From Pyrodictiaceae archaeon (GTDB taxonomy: Archaea > Thermoproteota > Thermoprotei_A > Sulfolobales > WAQK01), in assembly GCA_015520265.1 (NCBI GenBank), contig WAQK01000025.1, positions 9,901-73,900 of the forward strand: a stretch of 64,000 nt of DNA, given 5' to 3'. Numbering within the stretch: the first letter of the stretch is position 1; each line of letters opens with the position of its first letter. The notes under the pieces are model-generated. The model was not told the origin of the DNA. It did no database searches and saw only the letters and a list, made by a program, of their open reading frames with translations. Shown piece by piece: positions 35,725 to 45,152 of the stretch. The translations under genes were made by a program, and so were the position numbers.

Positions 35725-37185
35725 TTGAGGAGCCCCGCTAGGCCCTACATCGTTGCAACAGTCCTGGCGGCATCCGTACTGATTACAGCTGTGCTGCACA
35801 GCCCTCTATACATAGTTCCAGGAGCCGTGGCCACAGGAATATTGGCTGGCCCCCGTGTCTACGATTTCCTTAAGAAGGACGCGGAGCGCAGAGGCATAGA
35901 CAGGGAGACACCATACTTCGTAGTATATGCTGCATCCCTGCACTCCTCGGGGATCCCTCTATACAAGTCACTCCTCATGACCCGCAGTTCCTCCCTCTTC
36001 AGGCACATCTCCAAGCAGGCAGAAGTTCTCGAGCAGCTACTGAGAGTGGTTCATGACCCTGTAGACGCACTGTACCAGCTCTCACAACAGTCTCCATCCA
36101 AGGAGTTTGCCCAGATACTGAGAAACTACGCGAGCCTCCTCAGGAGCGGCGGCCAGCCGCACGTGTATCTCAAGAACCTAGCCCAACACTACTCCAGAAG
36201 GCTCGAGGACTCCTGGAGCAGGTTCTCCACACTGCTGGTTGAGGCGGAGGAGGCATACCTGATGATCTATGTGCTGGGTTCCTTCCTGCTTCTCCTATAC
36301 TCGCTCCTCTCATCGGCAACCGCGCCCCTCCTCCTCTTCAGCTTCTTCATGGCACCCCTCCTGGGTGCAGCCCTGCTGGCATACATCCACTACGAGGAGC
36401 CTGGGCTGAGGCTGCCTTCACGCTTCAAGCTTCTCCACCTAGCCCCATATCCAGGCTCGCTGGCAGTATTCGTTGCCAGCGAGCCTAGGCTAGGCGTGTG
36501 GCTAGCCCTGGTCATTAGCGCGACCCCCCTCCTTGTCCACGGCATCTACCTGGAACTCACCTCCCGCAGGAGAGCCGCTCGTCTAAGGTCCGAGATATCT
36601 GCCGCCTTCAACGAGATCTCCGACTACGTGAGGCTAGGCTACCCCCTCGATAGGGCCATTGAAATGGTTCTCAGGGACCCCTCCCTCAGCTCCGAGGCAG
36701 GAAGGGTGCTTTCAGCGGTTACGGTCTCCCCCGAGTCCGCCTACCTTTCGAGCGGGGACCTCGACGACAATTATAGGTACCTCCTGGTACTCTTAGCCCA
36801 CATGGGTTCGACCTACACGCCGCCCGAGATCTTCGACCTGGTCAATGGCTTCCTGGCCACCACGAGCTACGCTACAAGGAGGGCTAAGAGCAGGGTCAAA
36901 CCCTACGAGGCAGTCATGTTGGTCTACCCGCCCGTGCTACTATACGTGGCCAAGAAGATCTCCGGAATGCTGGCATCGATAAGTGTGCCAGCTGCGGGGA
37001 TCCTATCAACCCTAGCCCCCGGAACAGTTGCCGCGCTGGGCGGATCGATGGCCGCTCTAGTCGTAGTCCCGCTGCTTGTTAATACCTTCATAATGGATAG
37101 GATAGAAGGCGATGCTGCGAATCCCATGAAAAAAGGCTTAGCACTAGCGGTTTCAGGGCTCTTCGGCGCCCTGCTTAGCCCTTAG
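35725..37185 (+). CDS. FlaJ/TadC/PilC-like polytopic membrane platform protein
   Basis: Start moved to the in-frame TTG at 35725, 3 nt after the ATPase stop. Multiple TM segments. Position downstream of the pilin and ATPase. Confidence 0.7.
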   Translation: MRSPARPYIVATVLAASVLITAVLHSPLYIVPGAVATGILAGPRVYDFLKKDAERRGIDRETPYFVVYAASLHSSGIPLYKSLLMTRSSSLFRHISKQAEVLEQLLRVVHDPVDALYQLSQQSPSKEFAQILRNYASLLRSGGQPHVYLKNLAQHYSRRLEDSWSRFSTLLVEAEEAYLMIYVLGSFLLLLYSLLSSATAPLLLFSFFMAPLLGAALLAYIHYEEPGLRLPSRFKLLHLAPYPGSLAVFVASEPRLGVWLALVISATPLLVHGIYLELTSRRRAARLRSEISAAFNEISDYVRLGYPLDRAIEMVLRDPSLSSEAGRVLSAVTVSPESAYLSSGDLDDNYRYLLVLLAHMGSTYTPPEIFDLVNGFLATTSYATRRAKSRVKPYEAVMLVYPPVLLYVAKKISGMLASISVPAAGILSTLAPGTVAALGGSMAALVVVPLLVNTFIMDRIEGDAANPMKKGLALAVSGLFGALLSP

Positions 37186-38635
37186 CGACACCTATGGGCC
37201 TCAGCCTTACCACTAGTTTAGCTATCTTCACCTTGTGCGCCGTCTCCGCGACCCTAACGCTGTCCTTGTAGGCCTGAGGAGCCTCCTCGGCGATCACACG
37301 CGCAGTATGTGCATGGATGTATATGCCCTGCCTGGAGAGCTGGGCTACTATCTCGCTGGGCCTGAAGCTCCTCACCGCCGCGTGCCTGGACATCCACCTG
37401 CCGGACCCGTGGGGTGCCGAGTAGAAGGTCCTGGCACCGGTGGGTACGCCCACCATGACGAAGCTGTACGTGCCCATGCTACCCGGTATCAGGACGACCT
37501 GCCCGATGTCCTTGTGGTCGGCAGGGATCTCGGGGTGCCCCGGAGGGAACGCTCTGGTGGCGCCCTTCCTGTGGACCACCAGCTTCATCCTCCTCCCGTT
37601 GACCTCGTGCTCCTCTATCTTGGCGATGTTGTGGGCCACGTCGTAGACCACTTCTAGGCCAAGCTTGTCCGGATCTGCGTTGAACACCTGCTTGAAGCTC
37701 TCCCTCACCCAGTGGGTTATGAGCTGCCTGTTGGTCCATGCGAAGTTGGCGGCGGCAGCCATGGCTCCAAGGTAGTCCTGGGCCTCCCTTGAGCTGTAAG
37801 GAACGGAGGCCAGCTCTCTGTCAGGAGGCCTTATCCCGTACTTCCGCATGGCTCTCTCCATTGTTAGGAGGTAGTCGCTGGCCACCTGGTGGCCTAGGCC
37901 CCTGCTACCCGTGTGTATCATCACTGTTACCTGGCCCTCATGGGTTATGCCGAGAACCTTGGCGGTTTCGGAATCGTAAATCTTGTCAACCACCTGAACC
38001 TCCAGAAAGTGATTGCCGCTTCCCAGCGTGCCGAGCTGGGCAGCGCCCCTGCGCTTGGCTCTGTTGCTAACCTTGGTGGAGTCGGCGAGCTTCCAGCTCC
38101 CCCTCTCCTCTATGTGTTCGAGGTCCTCTGGCCAGCCGTAGCCCTTAGACACCGCCCACTCGACGCCCTCGTCAAGGACCCGGTCCAGCTCGCCTGTGGT
38201 TAGCCTGAGCTTGCCAGTGCTGCCCAGCCCGCTAGGCACGTTGTAGTAGAGAGTGTCTATCAGCTGTTTGAGCCTGGGCCGCACGTCCTCTTCACTAAGG
38301 TTAGTCCTCAGGAGCCTGACGCCGCAGTTTATGTCGTAGCCGACGCCCCCGGGGCTTATGACGCCGTCCTCGTCTATGCTCATACCGGCCACTCCGCCTA
38401 TAGGGAAGCCATAGCCCTGGTGGCCGTCAGGCATGACGAAGCTGGACTCCTGGATACCCTTCAGGCAGGCCACGTTGGCGGCCTGCTCCAGTGTCAAGTC
38501 GTCCTGCATCTTTTTGAGCAGGTACTCGTCCGCGAATATTACGGCTGGGACCCTCATGCAGGGCTTGGCGCCCTTAGGTATGACCCACTCGTAGGGCCCC
38601 ACCTTCTTGAGGCTTATCCTGGTCAACTTCCGCAC
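37175..38635 (-). CDS. rtcB: RNA-splicing ligase RtcB
   Basis: GYDINCGVR, GSGNHFLEVQ, HTGSRGLGHQ and APHGSGR motifs. 486 aa, no intein. Confidence 0.9.
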   Translation of the reverse strand: MRKLTRISLKKVGPYEWVIPKGAKPCMRVPAVIFADEYLLKKMQDDLTLEQAANVACLKGIQESSFVMPDGHQGYGFPIGGVAGMSIDEDGVISPGGVGYDINCGVRLLRTNLSEEDVRPRLKQLIDTLYYNVPSGLGSTGKLRLTTGELDRVLDEGVEWAVSKGYGWPEDLEHIEERGSWKLADSTKVSNRAKRRGAAQLGTLGSGNHFLEVQVVDKIYDSETAKVLGITHEGQVTVMIHTGSRGLGHQVASDYLLTMERAMRKYGIRPPDRELASVPYSSREAQDYLGAMAAAANFAWTNRQLITHWVRESFKQVFNADPDKLGLEVVYDVAHNIAKIEEHEVNGRRMKLVVHRKGATRAFPPGHPEIPADHKDIGQVVLIPGSMGTYSFVMVGVPTGARTFYSAPHGSGRWMSRHAAVRSFRPSEIVAQLSRQGIYIHAHTARVIAEEAPQAYKDSVRVAETAHKVKIAKLVVRLRPIGVAKG

Positions 38636-38672
38636 CGTTACATCTGTGTATGGGAAGCCTTTATAGGGTATT

Positions 38673-39125
38673 TTGTACTTACACTACAAAATAGCCATGC
38701 CAGCAGTGTTCCGCCTGGTAAGGGTGCTGGGAAGAGAGTTCCTTAAAAACTACGTGGAGCAGCTCGGCGAACGCGTGGCTGACGGCGACGAGCTGTCCGA
38801 AGAGGTGTTGGAGTACTTTCAGGAGATACTGAGGCTCAGCGAGGAGGAAGGCGAGGCCGACTACGTTGAGGAGCTGGAGGAGGCCTACGATCCGGAGATC
38901 CATGGCAGGCTGTTCTCACCAACCATAGTCAAGCTGTTATCAACCATCGCCTCCGGGGAGGTTGAGAGCGTGAGCCAGCTGGCCAGGAAGCTGAGACGCG
39001 ACGTGGGGAACGTGTATAGGGACCTCAAGTGGCTGGAAAACCTTGGACTGGTCTATTTGGAGAACAATGGGCGGAAAAAGGCGCCGAGGCTCCTAGTATT
39101 GGAATATGGGGTCAGGTTCGCCTAG
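38673..39125 (+). CDS. Winged-helix (ArsR/MarR-like) transcriptional regulator
   Basis: C-terminal SVSQLARKLRRDVGNVYRDLKWLENLGLV HTH, with an acidic N-terminal half. Confidence 0.6.
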   Translation: MYLHYKIAMPAVFRLVRVLGREFLKNYVEQLGERVADGDELSEEVLEYFQEILRLSEEEGEADYVEELEEAYDPEIHGRLFSPTIVKLLSTIASGEVESVSQLARKLRRDVGNVYRDLKWLENLGLVYLENNGRKKAPRLLVLEYGVRFA

Positions 39126-40398
39126 ACACACTTTCCACGAGCTCCTCCAGGCTGAGGCGCCTCTGCTCCCTGGACTCCATGTCCCGCAACGTGTAGGCCC
39201 CCTCCTCGAGTTCTGCACGTCCTATGATCACTGTATACCTGTACCCCGCATCGCTAGCATAGCTAAGAGCCTTGCCGAGGCGCCTAGTCCTCCCATGGTA
39301 TAGCTCGGCCTGTACACCCTGCTCATGCAGCCTTCTTGCCAGTATCAGTGCCGCGGCCTCCGCCTCGGGAATCAGGGGTATTATTAGCACTCGGTTCACC
39401 TTCTCTGAGAGGAACTGCCTGCCCTGCATTCTGAGCGCCAGGAGGAGCCTATCCAGCCCTGCCGCGAACCCGGTGCTGGGCGTGGGTTCTCCACCGTACA
39501 GCTCTATCAGTGTATCGTACCTGCCGCCTCCCGCCACGCTGACGCCGAGTTCAGGGACCTCCACCTCATATATTATACCGGTATAGTATGCGAGGCCTCT
39601 GGCGAAGCTGAGGTCAACGTGGATCCTTCCAGGCATTGCCCCCGAAAGTATGTCCACGAGGCTTCTGAGGCGCTCAGCCTCCTCCATCGCCTCGGATATG
39701 CCGGACAGGACCTCTCTCAGCTCGTTGAGGCCTGGGCCCTCCGCCAGCTGAGCCAGCACGTCAACCATTTTTCTGTCCGTCGCTGCGCGTCGCGCAGCCG
39801 CGATGGCTTCCTCATACAGCTTCTTGTCCATGAGGTGGAGGACCCGGTCCTGCTCCTCCTCCGGTATACCGGCCCTCCTCATAACGGCCCTATGGATACC
39901 GACATTGTCGACCTTGAACCTGTAGCCCTCAAGGCCCGCGCGTCCCAGGAACTCGTCGAGGAGCGACATGGTTTCAGCGTCGCCCAGAATGTCCGAGGAG
40001 CCTATGAGTTCGACCCCGGCCTGGTAGAACTCCCTATACCTGGCGTGCTGTGGTTCCTCATAGCGGAAACAGTTGGCAACGTACATGACTCTAACGGGTT
40101 TAGGCAGGCCCCTCATTTTGTCCAGATACATTCTAGCGACGCTAGCGGTAACCTCAGGCCTGAGCGCCACCTCTCTGCCCGCCTTGTCCTTGAATACATA
40201 CATGGTTCTCCGGATCTCCTCCCCCGACTTGAGGGCGAAGAGGGCGAAACGTTCAAGCGTGGGCGGCATAACCTCCACATACCCGTACAGCTTGGCCACG
40301 TCCCGAAACGTGTTGGCCAGCCAAACTAGGTCCCCCGCGTCGGGGTGCAGTATATCCCTCATACCCCTAAGAGGCTGCAATGGGATCTTCTCGGGCAC
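39112..40398 (-). CDS. hisS: Histidyl-tRNA synthetase
   Basis: GMRDILHP, FRYEEPQHARYREFYQAG (motif 2) and GGGRYD (motif 3). Confidence 0.9.
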   Translation of the reverse strand: MPEKIPLQPLRGMRDILHPDAGDLVWLANTFRDVAKLYGYVEVMPPTLERFALFALKSGEEIRRTMYVFKDKAGREVALRPEVTASVARMYLDKMRGLPKPVRVMYVANCFRYEEPQHARYREFYQAGVELIGSSDILGDAETMSLLDEFLGRAGLEGYRFKVDNVGIHRAVMRRAGIPEEEQDRVLHLMDKKLYEEAIAAARRAATDRKMVDVLAQLAEGPGLNELREVLSGISEAMEEAERLRSLVDILSGAMPGRIHVDLSFARGLAYYTGIIYEVEVPELGVSVAGGGRYDTLIELYGGEPTPSTGFAAGLDRLLLALRMQGRQFLSEKVNRVLIIPLIPEAEAAALILARRLHEQGVQAELYHGRTRRLGKALSYASDAGYRYTVIIGRAELEEGAYTLRDMESREQRRLSLEELVESVSRRT

Positions 40399-40401
40399 GA
40401 T

Positions 40402-40917
40402 TCAACCCCTCCTGGGAGTAAACCTGTTAATGGCATAGTAGGTGACGTCGCCGTGCCTATCCACGATAGCCAGCACGGGGATCCTCCCGTTCCTAACCGA
40501 GGCCTCAAGCATCTCCAGCACGTCGGTTAGGCTTATCATCCTGCTCTCCTCTAGCACGTAAACCTCCACCAGGCCCCCGCGTGGATCCTTGAAGACGAGG
40601 CTATTCCGCGAGGGGCCCTGCACGGGCTTCCTGCCACGCTTCCTGAGATCATAATATACGGTGAACATGACCCACATCATCTCGTCTCTACGCGAATAGT
40701 AGGCCATGAGGTCCCTGAAACCCATCTCCTGCCCATCCATAGTGGCTATTAGGCGGCCCTTGTAGACCAGGTAGACGGCCTCCAGGGGCGAGAGATGGAG
40801 GCCGTCGGGCCCCTCGTAGCCGTAGCCCTCGCTCCTCAGCTCCTGGTAGCCCTCCCTGACCACGGCACCCTCCTCAGACACCTCTGCCACGGGCTTGGCC
40901 TCGGACACCGGCACCAC
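40402..40917 (-). CDS. endA: tRNA-splicing endonuclease subunit (appears to lack the canonical K-F-G-x-D-F catalytic segment; possibly the structural subunit of a heteromeric enzyme)
   Basis: LSPLEAVYLVYKGRL and VYYDLRKRG are endonuclease family patterns. 171 aa. Confidence 0.65.
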   Translation of the reverse strand: MVPVSEAKPVAEVSEEGAVVREGYQELRSEGYGYEGPDGLHLSPLEAVYLVYKGRLIATMDGQEMGFRDLMAYYSRRDEMMWVMFTVYYDLRKRGRKPVQGPSRNSLVFKDPRGGLVEVYVLEESRMISLTDVLEMLEASVRNGRIPVLAIVDRHGDVTYYAINRFTPRRG

Positions 40918-40978
40918 CAGTATTTTATTCTCTCAACCAACTATACTTCTGGTGCTCTGCTTGGAGGTCTTTGAGAGA

Positions 40979-42034
40979 TTGGCTATTAAGCCTTTAGAGT
41001 GGAGGGACGGCGCCGTTAGGTGGATAGATGTCTCAAGGCTACCCTGGGAGGAACGCGTGGTGGAGACACGGGACGTGGAGAGGCTGGCCAAGGCTATAGA
41101 GAGGCTGGAGATCAGGGGTGCACCCGCGATAGGTGTGGCCGCAGCTTTAGGGATAGCCATGGCCGCCTACAACTCGGATGCAGAAACCGTGGAGCAACTA
41201 CTAAGAGATGTTGAGAGAGCTGCCGAGAGGCTTAGACGGACGCGGCCTACAGCTTACAACCTTTTCTGGGCCATAGACAGGATGCTCGGTACAGCCAGGA
41301 GGGCGGCGCAGTCCGGGGACACGGATGGTCTTAGGAGGACGCTGGTTGAGGAGGCCCTTAGGGTCATGAGGGAGGACATAGAGGCAAACATGACGATGGG
41401 CAGAATAGGCGCCGAGCTTGTGGAGGATGGCGACACTATACTCACCCACTGCAATACAGGCGCGCTGGCCACGGCCGGGTATGGCACCGCACTGGGCGTT
41501 GTGAGGGCTGCGTGGGAGCAGGGCAAGAAGATCTCAGTTATAGCTACCGAAACGCGCCCCCTCCTCCAGGGGGCCAGGCTGACTGTCTGGGAACTAGTTA
41601 AGGAGGGGATACCTGTGAGACTGATAACCGACAACATGGTGGGCTACGTGATGGCCAAAGGACTTGTCTCCAAGGTCTTCCTAGGGGCCGACAGGATCCT
41701 TCTAACAGGACACGTCACCAACAAGATCGGGACCTACACCATAGCCGTGTTAGCCAAGAGGCATAGGGTCCCCTTCTACGTCGTGGCGCCAACATCAACT
41801 ATAGACCCCAGGACCCGGCCAGAAGACATAGTAATTGAGGAAAGAAGCCCGGAGGAGGTCAGAACCGTTCTGGGCAAACTAACGATAACGGTGCCAAACG
41901 TCGAGGTATACAACCCGGCCTTCGACACCACGCCCCCCGAACTGGTATCGGCGATAATCACCGAGAAGGGTATCGCTCGCCCCCCGTACCCTGAAAGCCT
42001 CTCCAAGCTCCTCGGCAAGAGGTCGGCAAGGTAA
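40979..42034 (+). CDS. eIF-2B alpha/beta/delta-family isomerase (methylthioribose-1-phosphate / ribose-1,5-bisphosphate isomerase-like)
   Basis: Start moved to the in-frame TTG at 40979 (LAIKPLEWRDGAVRWIDVSRLP). IRGAPAIGVAAA, THCNTGALAT and GADRI motifs. Confidence 0.8.
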   Translation: MAIKPLEWRDGAVRWIDVSRLPWEERVVETRDVERLAKAIERLEIRGAPAIGVAAALGIAMAAYNSDAETVEQLLRDVERAAERLRRTRPTAYNLFWAIDRMLGTARRAAQSGDTDGLRRTLVEEALRVMREDIEANMTMGRIGAELVEDGDTILTHCNTGALATAGYGTALGVVRAAWEQGKKISVIATETRPLLQGARLTVWELVKEGIPVRLITDNMVGYVMAKGLVSKVFLGADRILLTGHVTNKIGTYTIAVLAKRHRVPFYVVAPTSTIDPRTRPEDIVIEERSPEEVRTVLGKLTITVPNVEVYNPAFDTTPPELVSAIITEKGIARPPYPESLSKLLGKRSAR

Positions 42035-42072
42035 ACCTATTAAAACCGGTTCCTTGAACCTTTTATCCCGGC

Positions 42073-42171
42073 GGGCCCGTCGTCTAGCCTGGTTAGGACG
42101 CCGCCCTTACAGGGCCAAAGGACGCCTAGGAGAGGCGGAGGTCCGGGGTTCAAATCCCCGCGGGCCCACCA
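42073..42171 (+). tRNA. tRNA-Val (anticodon UAC) with a 21-nt canonical intron (42112-42132) and encoded CCA
   Basis: Acceptor GGGCCCG/CGGGCCC, D arm GTCT..GGAC, anticodon stem CCGCC/GGCGG, loop CT-TAC-A[intron]A, T arm CGGGG-TTCAAAT-CCCCG, then ACCA. Confidence 0.85.
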
Positions 42172-42235
42172 ACCTTCTAGCGGCGCGATGAACTTATATG
42201 AGTGCCCAACATGCTTGGAGGTGGGGTGCAAAAAT

Positions 42236-42445
42236 ATGCCGAAAGAAGTTATGAGCGCGGAAGAGTTCTTCAAACACGCTGAGAGGGCGGAGGAGTGCAG
42301 GGTCGTGCGCGGCAAGGATTACGTGAAGCTGAAGGCCAGAACCAAAAGATACCTATACACGCTGAAAGTTGAGCCCAGCGAGGCAGAAGAACTGGTGGCC
42401 AAACTCAGGGAAATCTGCAACAACCTCGTAGAGATAGGAGGCTAG
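42236..42445 (+). CDS. rpl38e: Ribosomal protein eL38 (L38e)
   Basis: MPKEVMSAEEFFKHAERAEECRVV..VKLKARTKRYLYTLKV aligns by eye with eukaryotic L38 (..VKFKVRCSRYLYTLV..). TATA-like CTTATATG lies ~40 nt upstream of this ATG, so the longer ORF start at 42188 is disfavoured. Confidence 0.75.
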   Translation: MPKEVMSAEEFFKHAERAEECRVVRGKDYVKLKARTKRYLYTLKVEPSEAEELVAKLREICNNLVEIGG

Positions 42446-43716
42446 TACAGATCTATCTTTTCCCCATTACTGGGAACCACGGCATCTATGCCTAACTCGT
42501 TTCTCACGGACTCTGCGAAAGCTTCAGCCACCTCTGGTTCGCCGTGGACCACCACGACCTTCTCCAGGCCCTTAATCCTCCGAACTACCTCTAGTAGCTC
42601 TGTTCTACCAGCATGGCTGGAGAAGTCGAACCACTCTACCCTCGCCTTAACCAGTGGGCCCTCCTCCGTGTACTTGCCCTCCTCAAGGATCCTTCTGCCA
42701 GGCGTCCCAGGCGCCTGAAAGCTTACCATGAAAACAGCGTTCTTCTTGTTCTTGGCCAGCTTCCTCAGATAAAACCTCGAGGGTCCGCCCTTCAGCATCC
42801 CGGCGGATGCTATAATTACGCCTGGCTCCTTCCACGCGTTCCTCCTATCCTGCCATCCCCTGACAATGTTGGCCTGCTCATAGGCCTTCCTAAGTAGCTC
42901 CGGGTCTCTAAGGAACTTGTCGCGTTCCAGCATGAGCTCTGTTATACCCCTAACCATTCCATCCACATAGATGGGGTATTCAAAGCCCCTCTCAACAAGA
43001 ACGCAGAGTATTTCTTGCCCCCTCCCCAGGCTGAAGGACGGTACGAGAACGGTTCCCCCGTTCTCCACAACCTCCAGAACATCATTGTAGAACCTTTCCT
43101 CAACCTCCCTGCGCGGGGGATGCTCGCTGGTCCCGTAGGTCGACTCTATTACTAATACGTCGGCCTCGAGGCCCGAGACGTCGGCTGGCCCCACCAGCTT
43201 CGTCTCCACAAAGTTGATGTCCCCCGTATACACGATTTTCTTAGAGCCCGCCTCTACTTCAACCATTGCGCTACCGGGAATGTGCCCCGAATCTCTGAGC
43301 CTCACAACTATGCTGCCCAGTTCCACGTCTTCGCCGTAATCCACCACACGCATCGTTGAAAGGAACTCTGCCACCTCGCCATCCTCGAAGGGCAGATAGT
43401 AGCCCGAGAGTTTGAGGAAATCTCTTAGCATTATTTCAGCCACATCCCGGGTAAAGGAGGTGGCAACGGCCTCGGGTTTCCTGGATATGTAGAATATGGG
43501 GGCGCCACCTATGTGGTCCAAATGGCCATGGGTTAGGACTATTCCTTTAAGCTTGGCTGGCGGGTAGTGTAGCGGAAGCTGCGGCAAATCATTGTCGTCG
43601 AAGTTGACGCCATAGTCTAGCAACACGGCGCTACTCTTATGCTCGACGGCTATCGCCGCCCTGCCCACCTCCTTGCCCGCGCCAAGGATTGTTAAAGTGA
43701 CCATGTTTCCGTTCAC
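42442..43716 (-). CDS. Metallo-beta-lactamase / beta-CASP family RNase (aCPSF2-like)
   Basis: LTHGHLDHIGG (motif 2) and beta-CASP-like central region. 424 aa. Confidence 0.8.
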   Translation of the reverse strand: MNGNMVTLTILGAGKEVGRAAIAVEHKSSAVLLDYGVNFDDNDLPQLPLHYPPAKLKGIVLTHGHLDHIGGAPIFYISRKPEAVATSFTRDVAEIMLRDFLKLSGYYLPFEDGEVAEFLSTMRVVDYGEDVELGSIVVRLRDSGHIPGSAMVEVEAGSKKIVYTGDINFVETKLVGPADVSGLEADVLVIESTYGTSEHPPRREVEERFYNDVLEVVENGGTVLVPSFSLGRGQEILCVLVERGFEYPIYVDGMVRGITELMLERDKFLRDPELLRKAYEQANIVRGWQDRRNAWKEPGVIIASAGMLKGGPSRFYLRKLAKNKKNAVFMVSFQAPGTPGRRILEEGKYTEEGPLVKARVEWFDFSSHAGRTELLEVVRRIKGLEKVVVVHGEPEVAEAFAESVRNELGIDAVVPSNGEKIDLY

Positions 43717-43836
43717 CTTTCTGCTGACTGCTCTTATCTGTGAAATTCGAGCGTATATTTAATTTCTTCACCTCTCCAGGGTCTATAATCTAAACACTTA
43801 AAGGTAACAGGAAAACCCTACACCACGGGATACCAC

Positions 43837-44214
43837 ATGTTCGGCCTATCTCCCAGAGACCTGAAGAGGCAGCTGAAGAGGCTCGGTATAAAACTCGACG
43901 TAGAGGAGCTTGAGGACGCGAGAAACGTTACCATAGAGCTGCCCGGAAAGATGCTGGTTATAGACGATCCCCAAGTAGTTATCATGAGGCTCCAGGGCCA
44001 GACAATATTCTATATCATGGGCGAACCGCGCGAGGTCGAGATAGAGGAAGAGGAAGTCACGCCGGGTATCGAGATAAGTGAGGAGGACGTCCAACTCGTG
44101 GCCAGCCAGGCTGGTGTATCGCTGGAGGAGGCAAGAAGGGCCCTAGAGGCCTCGGAGGGTGACCTAGCCAAGGCAATCATGCTCTTAGAGTCGAAGAAAC
44201 GCTTTACCTCCTAA
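43837..44214 (+). CDS. nac: Nascent polypeptide-associated complex protein (NAC + UBA)
   Basis: NAC domain VTIELPGKMLVIDDPQVVIMRLQGQTIFYIMG and C-terminal UBA VSLEEARRALEASEGDLAKAIMLL. Confidence 0.85.
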   Translation: MFGLSPRDLKRQLKRLGIKLDVEELEDARNVTIELPGKMLVIDDPQVVIMRLQGQTIFYIMGEPREVEIEEEEVTPGIEISEEDVQLVASQAGVSLEEARRALEASEGDLAKAIMLLESKKRFTS

Positions 44215-44920
44215 GCGGGGCCAGGCTCCTCAAGGATTTTATTATGTCGTCCACGCTTTTGTGAAGTGAGACCACGTAGGGTATACGTTCCTTGTCAGCC
44301 AGTCTTAGGGCCAGTACATCCACCCTCCTCCTAGGCCCGTGAACTATAACCATAGCCGGTTTAAGCGGAGCCACGCGGACAGCCACCATGGGTGATCGGC
44401 CCGTGGACACTCTGGTGAAGATCAGTGCTCGCTCCGTGGTCATACCCATGATGAATTGGAACTCGTTTCCAGTCATAGTCTCTATAGCTGCAAGGCTGTC
44501 CAGTACAGTGTACCCGTAAATCTTTCTGTCAGGTATCTCTGTGGAAAGAGGGATACCCTTGACGGCGGTTATAACATCGTCTATTCCCACACCTTCCTCA
44601 TACTCAAGCATATCGATGATGGCCTCCACGTTGAGGTTCATGGATCTCGCCAGCTCTCTTACTATATTCCAGCCCCTCTCCTCGTCGAGACGCAAGAGGC
44701 CTTCCACGAACCTTTTAATGAACCTGCTGCCTGGCACCCTTCTGCCCTTCTCATAGTCGCTGATAACGCTGGGGGCTACCATCATGTACTTGGCAACCTC
44801 TACCTGGGAGGCCTTGAAAAGTTCTCTCCACTTCTTCATGGCGATGCCGGGCTCCTCGCTCCACACAATATCGCCAGCTATCCTCCTGGCTATAACGTCG
44901 CGTATGAATTCCGAGACCAC
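44204..44920 (-). CDS. XRE-type HTH transcriptional regulator with uncharacterised C-terminal domain
   Basis: ASQVEVAKYMMVAPSVISDYEKGRRVP HTH_3-like segment. 238 aa. Confidence 0.65.
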   Translation of the reverse strand: MVSEFIRDVIARRIAGDIVWSEEPGIAMKKWRELFKASQVEVAKYMMVAPSVISDYEKGRRVPGSRFIKRFVEGLLRLDEERGWNIVRELARSMNLNVEAIIDMLEYEEGVGIDDVITAVKGIPLSTEIPDRKIYGYTVLDSLAAIETMTGNEFQFIMGMTTERALIFTRVSTGRSPMVAVRVAPLKPAMVIVHGPRRRVDVLALRLADKERIPYVVSLHKSVDDIIKSLRSLAPLRR

Positions 44921-44988
44921 GAGCGGCCCCTACACAATTCATGGCTGTAGCGGGATAAAAACTACACGACACTAGTCGAAAAGGAAAG

Positions 44989-45109
44989 TGGTGGGCCCGC
45001 GGGGATTCGAACCCCGGACCACCCGGTGTCTCCGACGGTACTCGTCCTATGATTCCCGCGCGGCCTACGGCCGCGTGCCGGGCGCTCTGCCGGGCTGAGC
45101 TACGGGCCC
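44989..45109 (-). tRNA. tRNA with 44 nt of intervening sequence, probably two introns; tentative anticodon CAU (Met or Ile2); encoded CCA
   Basis: Reverse complement reads GGGCCCG-TA-GCTC..GAGC-G-CCCGG-[51 nt]-CCGGG-TGGTC-CGGGG-TTCGAAT-CCCCG-CGGGCCC-ACCA. The 51 nt contain T-CAT-A flanked by hairpins CGCGGCC-GTA-GGCCGCG and GACG-AGTAC-CGTC. Confidence 0.8.
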
Positions 45110-45152
45110 TCCGTGATCTTCCTAAGTTTTCGTGGTTCTTTTAAGCCTTGCT

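Noticed and set aside
42188-42235. N-terminal extension of the eL38 ORF with a CPTC..C motif (MNLYECPTCLEVGCKN), which could be a zinc knuckle fused to L38e.
   Set aside because: The homology to eL38 starts at the internal MPKEV. A TATA-like element lies inside the extension at the right distance for the internal ATG. The extension would start only 17 nt after the tRNA.
42040-42315. 91-aa minus-strand ORF.
   Set aside because: It lies directly over tRNA-Val and is antisense to rpl38e. It is spurious.
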